This document shows positions 50,169 through 59,800 of a stretch of DNA of 64,000 nt, piece after piece. Both the position numbers and the translations under genes were made by a program. The notes below the pieces were generated by a model. It did no database searches. It worked only from the letters and a program-made list of their open reading frames with translations, and was not told the origin of the DNA. Origin of the DNA: an uncultured candidate division Zixibacteria bacterium (GTDB taxonomy: Bacteria; Zixibacteria; MSB-5A5; UBA10806); the NCBI GenBank assembly GCA_963801605.1, contig CAWDFP010000006.1:960001-1024000 (forward strand). Direction: 5' to 3'. The first letter of the stretch is position 1; each line of letters begins with the position of its first letter.

Positions 50169-51872
50169 ATGCAGTTATTAGGAGAAGTGCTCCTTAAGGA
50201 GAAGCTTATCGCCGAAGATAAGCTGCAGTTAGGGCTGAAAAAACAGAAGGAGAACGGCAAGAGACTCGGCGAAGTTTTGCTCTCCGAAGGTTTGATTACC
50301 GACGAAAAACTGGCGTTTGGCCTGTCCCGTCAGCTTGGCGTACCGCTTATGACTACCGAGAGTTTGATGAAAGTCGATAAAGCGGCGCTGGAATTAATTC
50401 CCGAGTTTTTCGCCCGCGAATATCACTGTATGGCGTATGGCAAAGAAGATGATACTATTCAGGTAGTTTTAGTGGACCCGGAAGATATCGTGGTCCTCGA
50501 CAACCTGCATAAAATCACTTCTTACCAGCTTAGCATCAGCATTGCCCCGCAACTGATTATCGATGAAGCTATCGAGCGTCATTATAAAGAGTTGCGTACT
50601 ACGGGTGAGGTTTCCGAGGCCTTGTCAGGCATGGATTTTATCATCTCATCCGATGGCCACGAAATCGATGATATCGATGTCAACAAGCTTAAAGCCGAGC
50701 TCGATGAAGCGCCGATCGTAAAGTTGGTCAATCTTATCATCTCCGAGGCTATTAAAAGCCGGGCCACGGATATTCACATCGAGCCGCTGTTCGATGCGCT
50801 TCTTATCAGGTACAGAATTGATGGCGCCTTGCAGGAGATCATGACTGCTCCGCAGAAATCGGCAATGGCTATAATCTCCCGTATCAAGATTATGGCCAAC
50901 CTTAATATTGCTGAGCGGCGCTTACCTCAGGATGGTCGTATTACAATCAAGACTCCGGATAAGGAAGTCGACGTCCGTGTATCGCTTCTGCCGACAGTGC
51001 GCGGTGAAAAGATCGTGATGAGGTTGCTCGATAAAAAGGGATTTGAGTTTACTCTGACCAATCTTGGTTTCGAAAACGATATGCTTCAGATCTTCCGCAA
51101 GTGGATCACGATGCCCTACGGTATGATTATCGTATCAGGTCCTACCGGAAGCGGTAAATCCACCACGTTGCATGCCGCTTTGAAGTCCGTGCAAAATGAG
51201 GAAGACAATATCGTTACCGTAGAAGATCCGGTAGAGTATCAGATCGATAAGATCAACCAGGTTGCGACCAACGATTCAATCGGATTGACTTTCGGAACCA
51301 CCCTGAGACATATCTTAAGACAGGACCCTGATAAGATTCTAATCGGAGAAATTCGCGACCAGGAGACTGCCGATATCGCGGTGAAATTCTCTCTAACCGG
51401 TCACCTGGTGTTTACTACCCTGCACGCCAACGATGCACCATCAACTATTACCAGGCTTCTGGATATCGGGATGCCGCGCTATCTAACCGGCTCGGTGACA
51501 AACCTGGTCATGGCTCAGCGCTTGGTAAGAACAATCTGCAAGGCCTGCAAATATGAATATCCCGCTACCGTCGAAGAGTTAAAAACTCTCAAGATGGATC
51601 CTGATAAGTACAAAGGCGCCACCTTCTTTAAGGGCAAAGGATGTGTCCGCTGTCGTAATACCGGCTCCTTTGGCCGTACCGCCCTGTTCGAACTCATGGA
51701 GATGAAGCTTCCGCTCAGAAAGGTAATTTTCGAGGGCAAGAATGAGGACGATGTCAGGTTGGAAGCTATCAGAAATGGTATGGTCACACTAAGAGATGCC
51801 GGTATCAGAAAAGCTCTGGCGGGCGTCGTCTCAGCCGAGGAAATCCTTAAGAAGACTGTGAATGAGGATTAA
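50169..51872 (+). CDS. pilB: Type IV pilus extension ATPase with N-terminal MshEN domain
   Basis: ATDIHIEP, ERRLPQDGR, GPTGSGKST, LRQDPD, CxxC...CxxC zinc site, RLGEVLLSEGLIT. Confidence 0.93.
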   Translation: MQLLGEVLLKEKLIAEDKLQLGLKKQKENGKRLGEVLLSEGLITDEKLAFGLSRQLGVPLMTTESLMKVDKAALELIPEFFAREYHCMAYGKEDDTIQVVLVDPEDIVVLDNLHKITSYQLSISIAPQLIIDEAIERHYKELRTTGEVSEALSGMDFIISSDGHEIDDIDVNKLKAELDEAPIVKLVNLIISEAIKSRATDIHIEPLFDALLIRYRIDGALQEIMTAPQKSAMAIISRIKIMANLNIAERRLPQDGRITIKTPDKEVDVRVSLLPTVRGEKIVMRLLDKKGFEFTLTNLGFENDMLQIFRKWITMPYGMIIVSGPTGSGKSTTLHAALKSVQNEEDNIVTVEDPVEYQIDKINQVATNDSIGLTFGTTLRHILRQDPDKILIGEIRDQETADIAVKFSLTGHLVFTTLHANDAPSTITRLLDIGMPRYLTGSVTNLVMAQRLVRTICKACKYEYPATVEELKTLKMDPDKYKGATFFKGKGCVRCRNTGSFGRTALFELMEMKLPLRKVIFEGKNEDDVRLEAIRNGMVTLRDAGIRKALAGVVSAEEILKKTVNED

Positions 51873-51920
51873 TATAATAGTTCAAACGGGGAGCAAATGC
51901 CCCGCAGGAGAGAGTCATAA

Positions 51921-53174
51921 ATGGCAACTTTTTCTTATGTAGTAAAAGACAGCAAGGGTAATAAGCACGAAGGAACCATTTCGGCAAACTCCCTCGATGC
52001 TGCCCTGAATAAGCTCCGGGAGTCGGGCCAGACTGTAATTTCGGTGCTCGATACCAAGCTGACGGAAGCGGGCAGGCAGCGGGGCCTGATCGACGAAATA
52101 ACTCTTTATATCTATAAGCTTCGGACTCGTGTTCCGCTGGGAACGCTGGTATTTTTTACCAGCCAGATGGCTACCATGTTTTCAGCCGGTTTGACGATTG
52201 AAAAAGCTCTGAATAACCTGCTTTATGAAGAGTCAAACAAGAAGTTCAAAAAAATCGTAGCCCAACTTCTCAACGATGTTAAAAAGGGTTTCTCGATGTC
52301 GGATGCTATGGAACGGCATCCCGGCGTATTTTCGCCTCTCTATATTGCGTTAGTGCGCTCGGGTGAAATTTCAGGCTCCTTGCACGGTGTACTGGAAGAA
52401 CTCGCCGACTATTTGGAGTTTATCCAGGATACCAAGCGTAAAATCCTTTCGGCCATGTCATATCCCGCCTTCGTGGTTATGGTGTTGACAGGCCTGACTA
52501 TCGTGTTGATGACCTGGGTAGTGCCGATGTTCGAAGGAGTATATGCCAAATTTAACGCCAAGCTTCCCGTTCCGACCCAGGTTCTTATTCATGTTTCTGA
52601 TGTAATTACCGCCAACTTTTTCTATACGCTAATTGGTGTTATTCTTCTGACGGCGGGATTTATTGTAGTCAGCTTGACCGAAACCGGGCGAAAAGTAATC
52701 GACAGAATTAAACTTAAAATTCCAATTATTAATACCATCATCACCAACTCCCTGATGAGTAAATTCTGCCGAACCTTTGGAATGCTTTTGGGCGCGGGCG
52801 TGCCGGTGGTGGATTCCATGAACCTGGTATACAGGGTTATGGATAATGTTCATTATAAGGCGGCGGTGCGCGAGGCGACGGGCTTGGTTAGAGATGGTTA
52901 CTCAATCGCAGCCTCTCTTAAGAAAACCGACGCTTTCCCCAATACTCTGATTTCCCTGGCGGCCACGGGCGAGGAAACCGGAGATATGGATAAGATGCTT
53001 ACCAAAGCCGCGCAGTTTTATGACAAACAACTCGAAGCGGTTATTACCCGTTTGACATCGCTGATCGAGCCGATGCTGATCGTGCTGATCGCCATTGTCA
53101 TCGGGACTATCGTTATCATCATTTATCTGCCGGTGTTTTATCTCGGTTTTGCCTTCAGAAAAGGTATCAGTTAA
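51921..53174 (+). CDS. pilC: Type IV pilus platform protein PilC (GspF family)
   Basis: QMATMFSAG, GEISGSL, AMSYP, LPVPT, GEETG, LIEP. Confidence 0.93.
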   Translation: MATFSYVVKDSKGNKHEGTISANSLDAALNKLRESGQTVISVLDTKLTEAGRQRGLIDEITLYIYKLRTRVPLGTLVFFTSQMATMFSAGLTIEKALNNLLYEESNKKFKKIVAQLLNDVKKGFSMSDAMERHPGVFSPLYIALVRSGEISGSLHGVLEELADYLEFIQDTKRKILSAMSYPAFVVMVLTGLTIVLMTWVVPMFEGVYAKFNAKLPVPTQVLIHVSDVITANFFYTLIGVILLTAGFIVVSLTETGRKVIDRIKLKIPIINTIITNSLMSKFCRTFGMLLGAGVPVVDSMNLVYRVMDNVHYKAAVREATGLVRDGYSIAASLKKTDAFPNTLISLAATGEETGDMDKMLTKAAQFYDKQLEAVITRLTSLIEPMLIVLIAIVIGTIVIIIYLPVFYLGFAFRKGIS

Positions 53175-53198
53175 AAAAGCGTTGATACTTTAAGATTG

Positions 53199-53236
53199 AA
53201 CCACCGTTTCGGCTTGCCGAGACGGTGGTTTTTTTT
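53199..53236 (+). terminator. Intrinsic terminator closing the pilus locus
   Basis: aaccaccgtttcgg-cttg-ccgagacggtggtt followed by a T run. Confidence 0.88.
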
Positions 53237-53546
53237 ATTTGTTCCAGCGACCCTATAAGGATGCACTAAAGCATTGCTCATAAAGCCCGAATATTCTTAA
53301 ATAGGAATCAGGATAAATTTGAAAAAATTTCAACAAAATAGGTGCACTTTTGGCTTACTTGGAGTATTAAATAGCTGTGAAAAGGCGTCTGAAGGTATTT
53401 ATTGGGCCGGATACCGATTGGCTTGTGGGGGAGCCCATCGCGGATGCGTTTCTATCGGTAGATTACCTGATTTCCTGTATCGTTTTTCCCGTCGGGAAAC
53501 GCCTATCAGCAGGGAAAATGGGCACAAAATGAGCGTATAAATAGAT

Positions 53547-56500
53547 ATGAAGAAGATTCTGACATTGCCCTTATATTTTCTGCTTCTCGCTGTTGTGATT
53601 GTCGGGGCGATTGTTTATATCTATTATTTTACTACTCTGCCTGAAACTGAGGCTAATAGCTGGTTAAGAAGTTTTTCTGAAAAGAGCCTGGGAGTGAATA
53701 TTAGCTTTCAGAAAATCAATCGCGACATCTGGAACGGGCTGAAGCTCGAGGGAGTTGAGGTTTTCCCACGGGGCGGGGCAGGCATGCCATTAATATATAT
53801 ATCGCAGCTCGAAGCCGGATACGATATTATGAATTTGGCTCGAGGGAATTATCGCTTTTCTTATATTAAAATTGACTCAATTTATGCCCATCCGCTTCCT
53901 GATGGTTTTAAGTTTCCGTCATCATCGCAAGGCGTGACAACTAAGCCATCGAAATTATCGCTTGCAATAGATCAGATAGCGTTAACCAAAGCCGTTATCG
54001 TGCTTAAAAACGGAAATACCCTGAATTTTGATTCCCTCAGATCGTCGCTTTCTATCAAAGATGGGAAACCCGATTTAAAGATTGATCATCTGGCAGGAGA
54101 CTGGCCGGCTCGCGATATTAGTCTTAATTCTCTTTCCGGCAGGCTAAGTGCAGAGAAAGATGGTTATCGAATTGATTCGCTTGAAATTTCGGCCGGTCAG
54201 ACAAGGGTTTCGCTTTCGGGCGCCGTTGGCAAGGAATTTACGAAGAATCTTAATTTAAGTTTCGCGACGAGATCCTTTGATTTCGATGATATTACTAAAT
54301 TAACCGGTACGCGGCTTTTTGGGGTTCTCGTCGGGAACGGAACTATTCGCGGCTCAATTGCTGATCTTTGGGGTGAAGCGAACCTTAACGGAACTTTTCT
54401 GGGCAAACCCTTTGAAAACTTCAAATGCAGTTATGCTTTTTCTAATAAGATACTCCAACTCAACTCGGTTACCGGTAAAATTGTTGAAGCTCCTTTTAAT
54501 GGCTCGGCAAAGTTTAATTTCGGAGTCAGGCCGGAGGAATATTCCCTTTCCGGAAAAGTCGAGCATTTGGATTTGAGAAATATTGGGCCCAAGCTTAAAA
54601 CCGATTTCAGCGGTACAGTTCACTTAAGCGGCGTAGGTTTCAAAGAAGAAAATATGGCTATGTCGCTTGAGGCCGATCTCGATTCGGTAAGAATCGAAAA
54701 TTATTATTTCGATCAGGTTTCCGGTCCGGTAACATTTGATCTTAAAAAGATAAATTTCCTACCGGGTTTTACTGCCAGATATAAAAATACGACTGTCTCC
54801 GGAACAGGTTATTTGGAATATATGGGAGACCTTGATATCACCGGAGACGTTGATTTTCAGGATCTTACCAATTTTACAGGTCAGATATTTCTTAAGGAGT
54901 TGGGTGGAAGGGGTACCGCCCAATTTCATGTCACCGGACCGACTCTCGATTTTAATGTTCATGCATCGTTCCAATCCGATTCCGTCTGGACCTATGGGCT
55001 CTATCCAAAACATCTTAATGTTAACACCGAACTGAAAACATTTATTACCCATCCCGTCGGAGAAGTTAACGCCGATTGGAATGGGGGAACACTTTATTCG
55101 CTGGACACCGATTCCGGTTATTTTCACGCGGCGGTTTCCGGAGTGCAGGTCTTCATTGATACGGTGTCGGCTAAAGGACCGCTTGGCTATCTGGCCATGA
55201 AAGGCCAGTACAATGGCACTACGGTTCCACCCGTATTCAGAGCCGATACGGCTTACGGGAGCGCGGCGGGGAATACGTTTTTCACACGCGAGCCGATTAT
55301 GCTTAATGTCCGTCCAACTACGACCGAATTCGAACGTTTTGTAGTGGGGATTGGCGGCGGCACGATCCAGGCGACCGGAGATGTTTCCAACGATCTAAAT
55401 CTCAATTTGGACGTCGTAGCCACCGGATTTGAAATCAAACCAATAGTCAATCAGTTTTACAAAGATAAAATCATAAGCGGTATCTGGTGGGGCCAGGCGA
55501 AGTTACGGGGCAATTTTACCGATCCTCAAATGGATTTCAATTTGGAAATCGACAGCCTGGCGGTAAACGATACGGTGCTTGGCGATCTGCATGCTCAGTT
55601 TATCTATCGCGATAAATACTTAAGTACCGATTCCACCCATCTGGCATCTAAATACGGGGATTATAATTTTTCCGGGAAAATACCGATTGATCTCTCTTTC
55701 AGCGAAGTGAAAAATAGATTTCCCGATAGCCTCATCGATCTGCGGATGACGGCGACAGGCAACCGGCTGCTGCTATCGGAGGTGTTTATTCCCTCTGTAG
55801 AACGGTTTCAAACCGATTTTACCGTCGGGATGCGCCTGGGAGGAACTTATTCCAAGCCAACCATCAGGGGTCAGGGCGCCCTGACCAACGGTACCCTAAA
55901 AGTTCTCGATTTGGTGGATCCCCTGACTAATGTCCGTGCTTATCTCAGGATGGAAAACGAGACAATCTATATTGATAGCATGACCGCTACTGCTCAAGGC
56001 GGCCAGGAACTGATTAAGCCGATTAGCGAAATCCTTTCGGTTGGCCGGAAAGGGGGCAAAGCGGTTCAGGTGGTAAGCGCCTCGGGAACTATCAAACTGC
56101 TTACCCTGGGCAATTTCGATTATAATATCGATGTTGCCGGTAAAAATTTTTATTTTCAAAGCGATGCTTATGATATCAGCGGCCTGGCGGATCTCAATGT
56201 GAAAGTCGTCGGCGCCAAAATTCCCACAATCCAGGGCATTGTAACTTTGAAGAGGCTTGATGTTCGTGACGAATTTGACAGATTTGTTACGCCCGAATAT
56301 AATCCCAGCGTGGTACTTGAAGACTCAACCATTTGGAATCTCGATCTGGCAATCAGCGCCGTAAACAATATTTGGATAAACAACAGCGATTTAAACGCCG
56401 AGCTAAAAGGCGATCTGCACGTAGAACGCCAATTAGGAATTCTGACTATTCTGGGCGAACTCGACATTATCAGGGGAACGTATAATTTGCTGGGCCAGAG

Positions 56501-57074
56501 ATTCCAATTTACATCGGGAACGATGCAGTTTCAAAATGTTTCCACTGTAAACCCCAATATTAACTTTGTAATATCGACCAGGTTGCGCAGCCAGGCGAAC
56601 CAGGCATCAACTGATGTTGATCTGAATATCACCGGCACTTTACTTGAACCTAAAATCGGAGTATCGTCGGCATCGGCAGTTTCTAATGAAGATCTTCTGA
56701 AATACCTGGTGACTGGCAGTCAGGTAAATCCATTAGGCACATCGACATCTAATTTTTCCCGGAGCCTGGTTAGTAGTCTATCATCTACAATACCAACTTT
56801 TTTCCCGGGCCTAAGGGGGGCAGGCCTATTCGAAGAACTGGATATTTACCCAACTCCGAGCGGCACCCAGCTTTCACTGGCAAAATATCTTTCCAGGAGC
56901 TTGTCGATAAGCTATTCGCAAACGATAACCAGTCAGCAGCAGGCAGGCAGGACAATTGGAGTGGAATACTATTTAAATAATAATGTATCGCTAAACGTCA
57001 CACAGGGCCTCCAGGGCACATCGCAAAGCAATGAAGGAATATCTTTCGACCTTAATCTTAATTTCGAGTATTAG
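53547..57074 (+). CDS. tamB: Translocation and assembly module TamB
   Basis: N-terminal TM anchor, long AsmA-like beta repeats, DUF490-like C-terminus (ITGTLLEPKI, EDLLKYL, GVEYYL), ending LNFEY. Confidence 0.85.
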   Translation: MKKILTLPLYFLLLAVVIVGAIVYIYYFTTLPETEANSWLRSFSEKSLGVNISFQKINRDIWNGLKLEGVEVFPRGGAGMPLIYISQLEAGYDIMNLARGNYRFSYIKIDSIYAHPLPDGFKFPSSSQGVTTKPSKLSLAIDQIALTKAVIVLKNGNTLNFDSLRSSLSIKDGKPDLKIDHLAGDWPARDISLNSLSGRLSAEKDGYRIDSLEISAGQTRVSLSGAVGKEFTKNLNLSFATRSFDFDDITKLTGTRLFGVLVGNGTIRGSIADLWGEANLNGTFLGKPFENFKCSYAFSNKILQLNSVTGKIVEAPFNGSAKFNFGVRPEEYSLSGKVEHLDLRNIGPKLKTDFSGTVHLSGVGFKEENMAMSLEADLDSVRIENYYFDQVSGPVTFDLKKINFLPGFTARYKNTTVSGTGYLEYMGDLDITGDVDFQDLTNFTGQIFLKELGGRGTAQFHVTGPTLDFNVHASFQSDSVWTYGLYPKHLNVNTELKTFITHPVGEVNADWNGGTLYSLDTDSGYFHAAVSGVQVFIDTVSAKGPLGYLAMKGQYNGTTVPPVFRADTAYGSAAGNTFFTREPIMLNVRPTTTEFERFVVGIGGGTIQATGDVSNDLNLNLDVVATGFEIKPIVNQFYKDKIISGIWWGQAKLRGNFTDPQMDFNLEIDSLAVNDTVLGDLHAQFIYRDKYLSTDSTHLASKYGDYNFSGKIPIDLSFSEVKNRFPDSLIDLRMTATGNRLLLSEVFIPSVERFQTDFTVGMRLGGTYSKPTIRGQGALTNGTLKVLDLVDPLTNVRAYLRMENETIYIDSMTATAQGGQELIKPISEILSVGRKGGKAVQVVSASGTIKLLTLGNFDYNIDVAGKNFYFQSDAYDISGLADLNVKVVGAKIPTIQGIVTLKRLDVRDEFDRFVTPEYNPSVVLEDSTIWNLDLAISAVNNIWINNSDLNAELKGDLHVERQLGILTILGELDIIRGTYNLLGQRFQFTSGTMQFQNVSTVNPNINFVISTRLRSQANQASTDVDLNITGTLLEPKIGVSSASAVSNEDLLKYLVTGSQVNPLGTSTSNFSRSLVSSLSSTIPTFFPGLRGAGLFEELDIYPTPSGTQLSLAKYLSRSLSISYSQTITSQQQAGRTIGVEYYLNNNVSLNVTQGLQGTSQSNEGISFDLNLNFEY

Positions 57075-58998
57075 TTTAATTCTTCTTTTTCCGAATCTAC
57101 TGTTGGCGCAGCGGGTGGTGGAACGTATTGATCAGCAGCCATCCTACAAACGTCCGCTCGTGGAAAGGGTAGAGTTGAAAGGCGTTCGTGCGTTCAGTTC
57201 GGGAGATATAAAAAAGCTTCTCTACACTAAACCCAATCATTGGTTTAATTTTCTCCAAAAACGGTATCTATCCAAATCGAATGTCAGGATCGACGAAGAA
57301 ACGATAAGACGTTTCTATATGCGCAGAGGCTATCTTTTTACTCAGGTTCAATCCGATATAACCTATCCGAAACAGAATAAAGCCGATGTTACCTTTTTTA
57401 TAGATGAGGGAAAGCAAACCTATCTAAAAGCAGTATCTATCGAGGGAGGCCTCGATTATATAAATCGCAAGTTTGGTGTGCCGCTCTCAATCCTCAAAAT
57501 TGGCAAGCCTATCAACGCCGAGGATGTGACCTCTAATGGTTTCAAACTGCGCGATCTCTATGCCGATAACGGATATCCCTATGCAATTGATTCGAGCCGT
57601 TATGAATTTTACGGCGATAGCACTCAGGCTTCATTAACTTATGCTGTGGCGGAATCCGTCTTTACGGTTAACGATACGACCAGATTGGTAACCAAAGCCA
57701 GAACCAGAACTCACGTCATTTACAGGGAAATCGTCGCCAAACCCGGCAGGATGTATCGCCAGAAAGATATCACCGATTCCGAACAAAGGCTCTATACATC
57801 GGGCCTGTTTAAATTCGTAAGTATGCGTCGAAACGATTCCACGGCCGTGATTAAAAATGATACCTGCCATGTGGGTTTCGATTTAGGGATCGATGAGCGA
57901 AAGCCATATTTCTGGGGCTTGGGTTTGGGTTTGGGAAGTCAACAGAATTCGCCGGTGGTCTTGCGCACGTCCGCTCAATGGGGGATTAGAAATATTGCCG
58001 GAACAGGCCGCGGATTTGTTTTCAGCGTTAAACCCTATTTTCAGGTGGCCAATACCAAAAATGGAAGTTTGTCCAGCGTGCATCTCTCCAATCTTGTTAA
58101 AAAAATATATTTAACAATGATCAGTTCCAATATCGAACTCGATTATGTGGCTCCCTGGATGTTGAAATATAGAGTACCGGTCACTGCCAAGATAATTTAT
58201 GAGCCCTATACGCTTTTTCCGGGAGTGCCCAAAGGTCAGGGTGTCGATACTGTCAGTGTGCCGGCCTACAGATTCGATCGATTTTCGGGAGAGGTAGTCT
58301 TTTCCAGAGAAATTGATCGCTTTACTACTACACAGCTCACAGCCAGCGCCGACTATGTAAAAATTAGAAAAGTTCCTCCCGACTCGGCGGCCTTCTATAG
58401 AGATCAGGGAAATAATCAGATCAGAAGGAGACTTCTGCTTTACACTCAGCGCGATACCAGAGACAATTTCCTTGTGCCCCAAAAAGGCTCATATTCATTT
58501 GGCGGTATAGAATATGTCGGCGGAATTTTGGGCGGCGATTTTACATATTATAAACTGCAATTTTCCTGGAGCCGTTATCAATCATTAATAGGTTCGAATA
58601 TTCTTGCCACCCGCATCTGGTTAGGATGGCTTAACGATAATTTCCATAATGGCCGTTCCGCAATCGCTGACAGATTCTTGATCGGAGGCTCAACCACCAT
58701 CAGAGGTTATCTCGAAAACAGCATCAATCCCGATGGTGGCCGCTATCTAATGTTAGGCAATGCCGAAATCCGGAGGCCTTTGTTCTGGAGATTTGGAGGC
58801 ACCGCTTTTATCGATGCCGGTAACGCCTATTCTCGGCTTAAAGAGTTTGACGCCATGTCCATCCGTTTTTCGACCGGCCTTGGTGTACAGTTCTTCACGC
58901 CCGTTGGACCCATAAGACTCGATTACGCGGTCCGGCTGAAAAAACAGTTTGACTTATCTGCGGGGCTTTTCCATTTTGCGATATTATATGCATACTAA
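57031..58998 (+). CDS. tamA: Omp85 family TamA-like protein
   Basis: Signal peptide, POTRA domains, RDTRDN..VP.KG, GGSTTIRGY, FIDAGN, TPVGPIRLDYA. Adjacent to tamB. Confidence 0.82.
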   Translation: MKEYLSTLILISSISLILLFPNLLLAQRVVERIDQQPSYKRPLVERVELKGVRAFSSGDIKKLLYTKPNHWFNFLQKRYLSKSNVRIDEETIRRFYMRRGYLFTQVQSDITYPKQNKADVTFFIDEGKQTYLKAVSIEGGLDYINRKFGVPLSILKIGKPINAEDVTSNGFKLRDLYADNGYPYAIDSSRYEFYGDSTQASLTYAVAESVFTVNDTTRLVTKARTRTHVIYREIVAKPGRMYRQKDITDSEQRLYTSGLFKFVSMRRNDSTAVIKNDTCHVGFDLGIDERKPYFWGLGLGLGSQQNSPVVLRTSAQWGIRNIAGTGRGFVFSVKPYFQVANTKNGSLSSVHLSNLVKKIYLTMISSNIELDYVAPWMLKYRVPVTAKIIYEPYTLFPGVPKGQGVDTVSVPAYRFDRFSGEVVFSREIDRFTTTQLTASADYVKIRKVPPDSAAFYRDQGNNQIRRRLLLYTQRDTRDNFLVPQKGSYSFGGIEYVGGILGGDFTYYKLQFSWSRYQSLIGSNILATRIWLGWLNDNFHNGRSAIADRFLIGGSTTIRGYLENSINPDGGRYLMLGNAEIRRPLFWRFGGTAFIDAGNAYSRLKEFDAMSIRFSTGLGVQFFTPVGPIRLDYAVRLKKQFDLSAGLFHFAILYAY

Positions 58999-59728
58999 TA
59001 AGCCCAAAATAGGGATAACACTCTCCGAAACCGTTTATTCGGAAAACTATCGCTGGCCGGCGCGTAAGCGCTTCGACTACCTTAAACGCGAGTATTATGA
59101 GGCTATCCTTAAAGTTGGTGGCATGCCAATCCTCCTGCCCAATGTTGAACCCCCAACCGCTATAGACGAGGTCATCGATACACTTAATGGCCTCCTTGTT
59201 ACCGGGGGAGGCGACCTGGAGCCGGCGACCTATGGTCAGGCCCCGCTTTCCGGGAGCACCGAAACAAACGCCAGAGACACTTTTGAATTGACTCTACTCG
59301 AAAAGGCAATATCCAGAAAATGGCCGGTTTTAGGCATCTGTCGAGGCCACCAGGCGCTAAACGTGGCTCTGGGCGGGACTTTGTACCAGGACCTTACCTG
59401 TATACCATTTAAGACCTTACCTCATGCCGACCCCCAGCAAACCGGCAGGATTTTCCATGATGTTACTATCGATTCCGATAGTAAGCTTTTTGCGGTAATA
59501 GGGGCAGAATCGATCCAAACTAATTCCAGCCATCATCAAACGATTGATAGGCTTGGACGAGGGCTAAAAGCGGTTGCCTTTGCCCCTGATGGTGTGATCG
59601 AAGCCATCGAGCATACTGCCTCGGAGTTTGTATTAGGGGTCCAATGGCATCCCGAGGGGATATTTGAAAGCGAACACAGCCTCAAAATATTTACCGCTTT
59701 TGTCGAAAATGCCCGCCGATTAATGTAG
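58988..59728 (+). CDS. Gamma-glutamyl-gamma-aminobutyrate hydrolase family (peptidase C26)
   Basis: TGGGD, LGICRGHQ, NSSHHQ, GVQWHPE. Confidence 0.92.
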   Translation: MHTNKPKIGITLSETVYSENYRWPARKRFDYLKREYYEAILKVGGMPILLPNVEPPTAIDEVIDTLNGLLVTGGGDLEPATYGQAPLSGSTETNARDTFELTLLEKAISRKWPVLGICRGHQALNVALGGTLYQDLTCIPFKTLPHADPQQTGRIFHDVTIDSDSKLFAVIGAESIQTNSSHHQTIDRLGRGLKAVAFAPDGVIEAIEHTASEFVLGVQWHPEGIFESEHSLKIFTAFVENARRLM

Positions 59729-59744
59729 ACCATAAAACTCTCTA

Positions 59745-59773
59745 TTGACAGTTTTATCGCTCCTAACTATATT
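59745..59773 (+). promoter_or_regulatory. Putative sigma70 promoter for iscS
   Basis: TTGACA-17 nt-TATATT. Confidence 0.65.
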
Positions 59774-59800
59774 TGCATGGTTAATTATTGGGAGAAATTG

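Noticed and set aside
33104..53174. Pilus locus as a mobile or conjugative island
   Set aside because: No integrase, transposase, relaxase, tRNA or flanking direct repeats were seen, and it is flanked by ordinary chromosomal genes.
53319..53540. 73-aa ORF upstream of tamB
   Set aside because: TTG start, no recognisable features, and composition not clearly protein-like, so it is not supportable as a gene.
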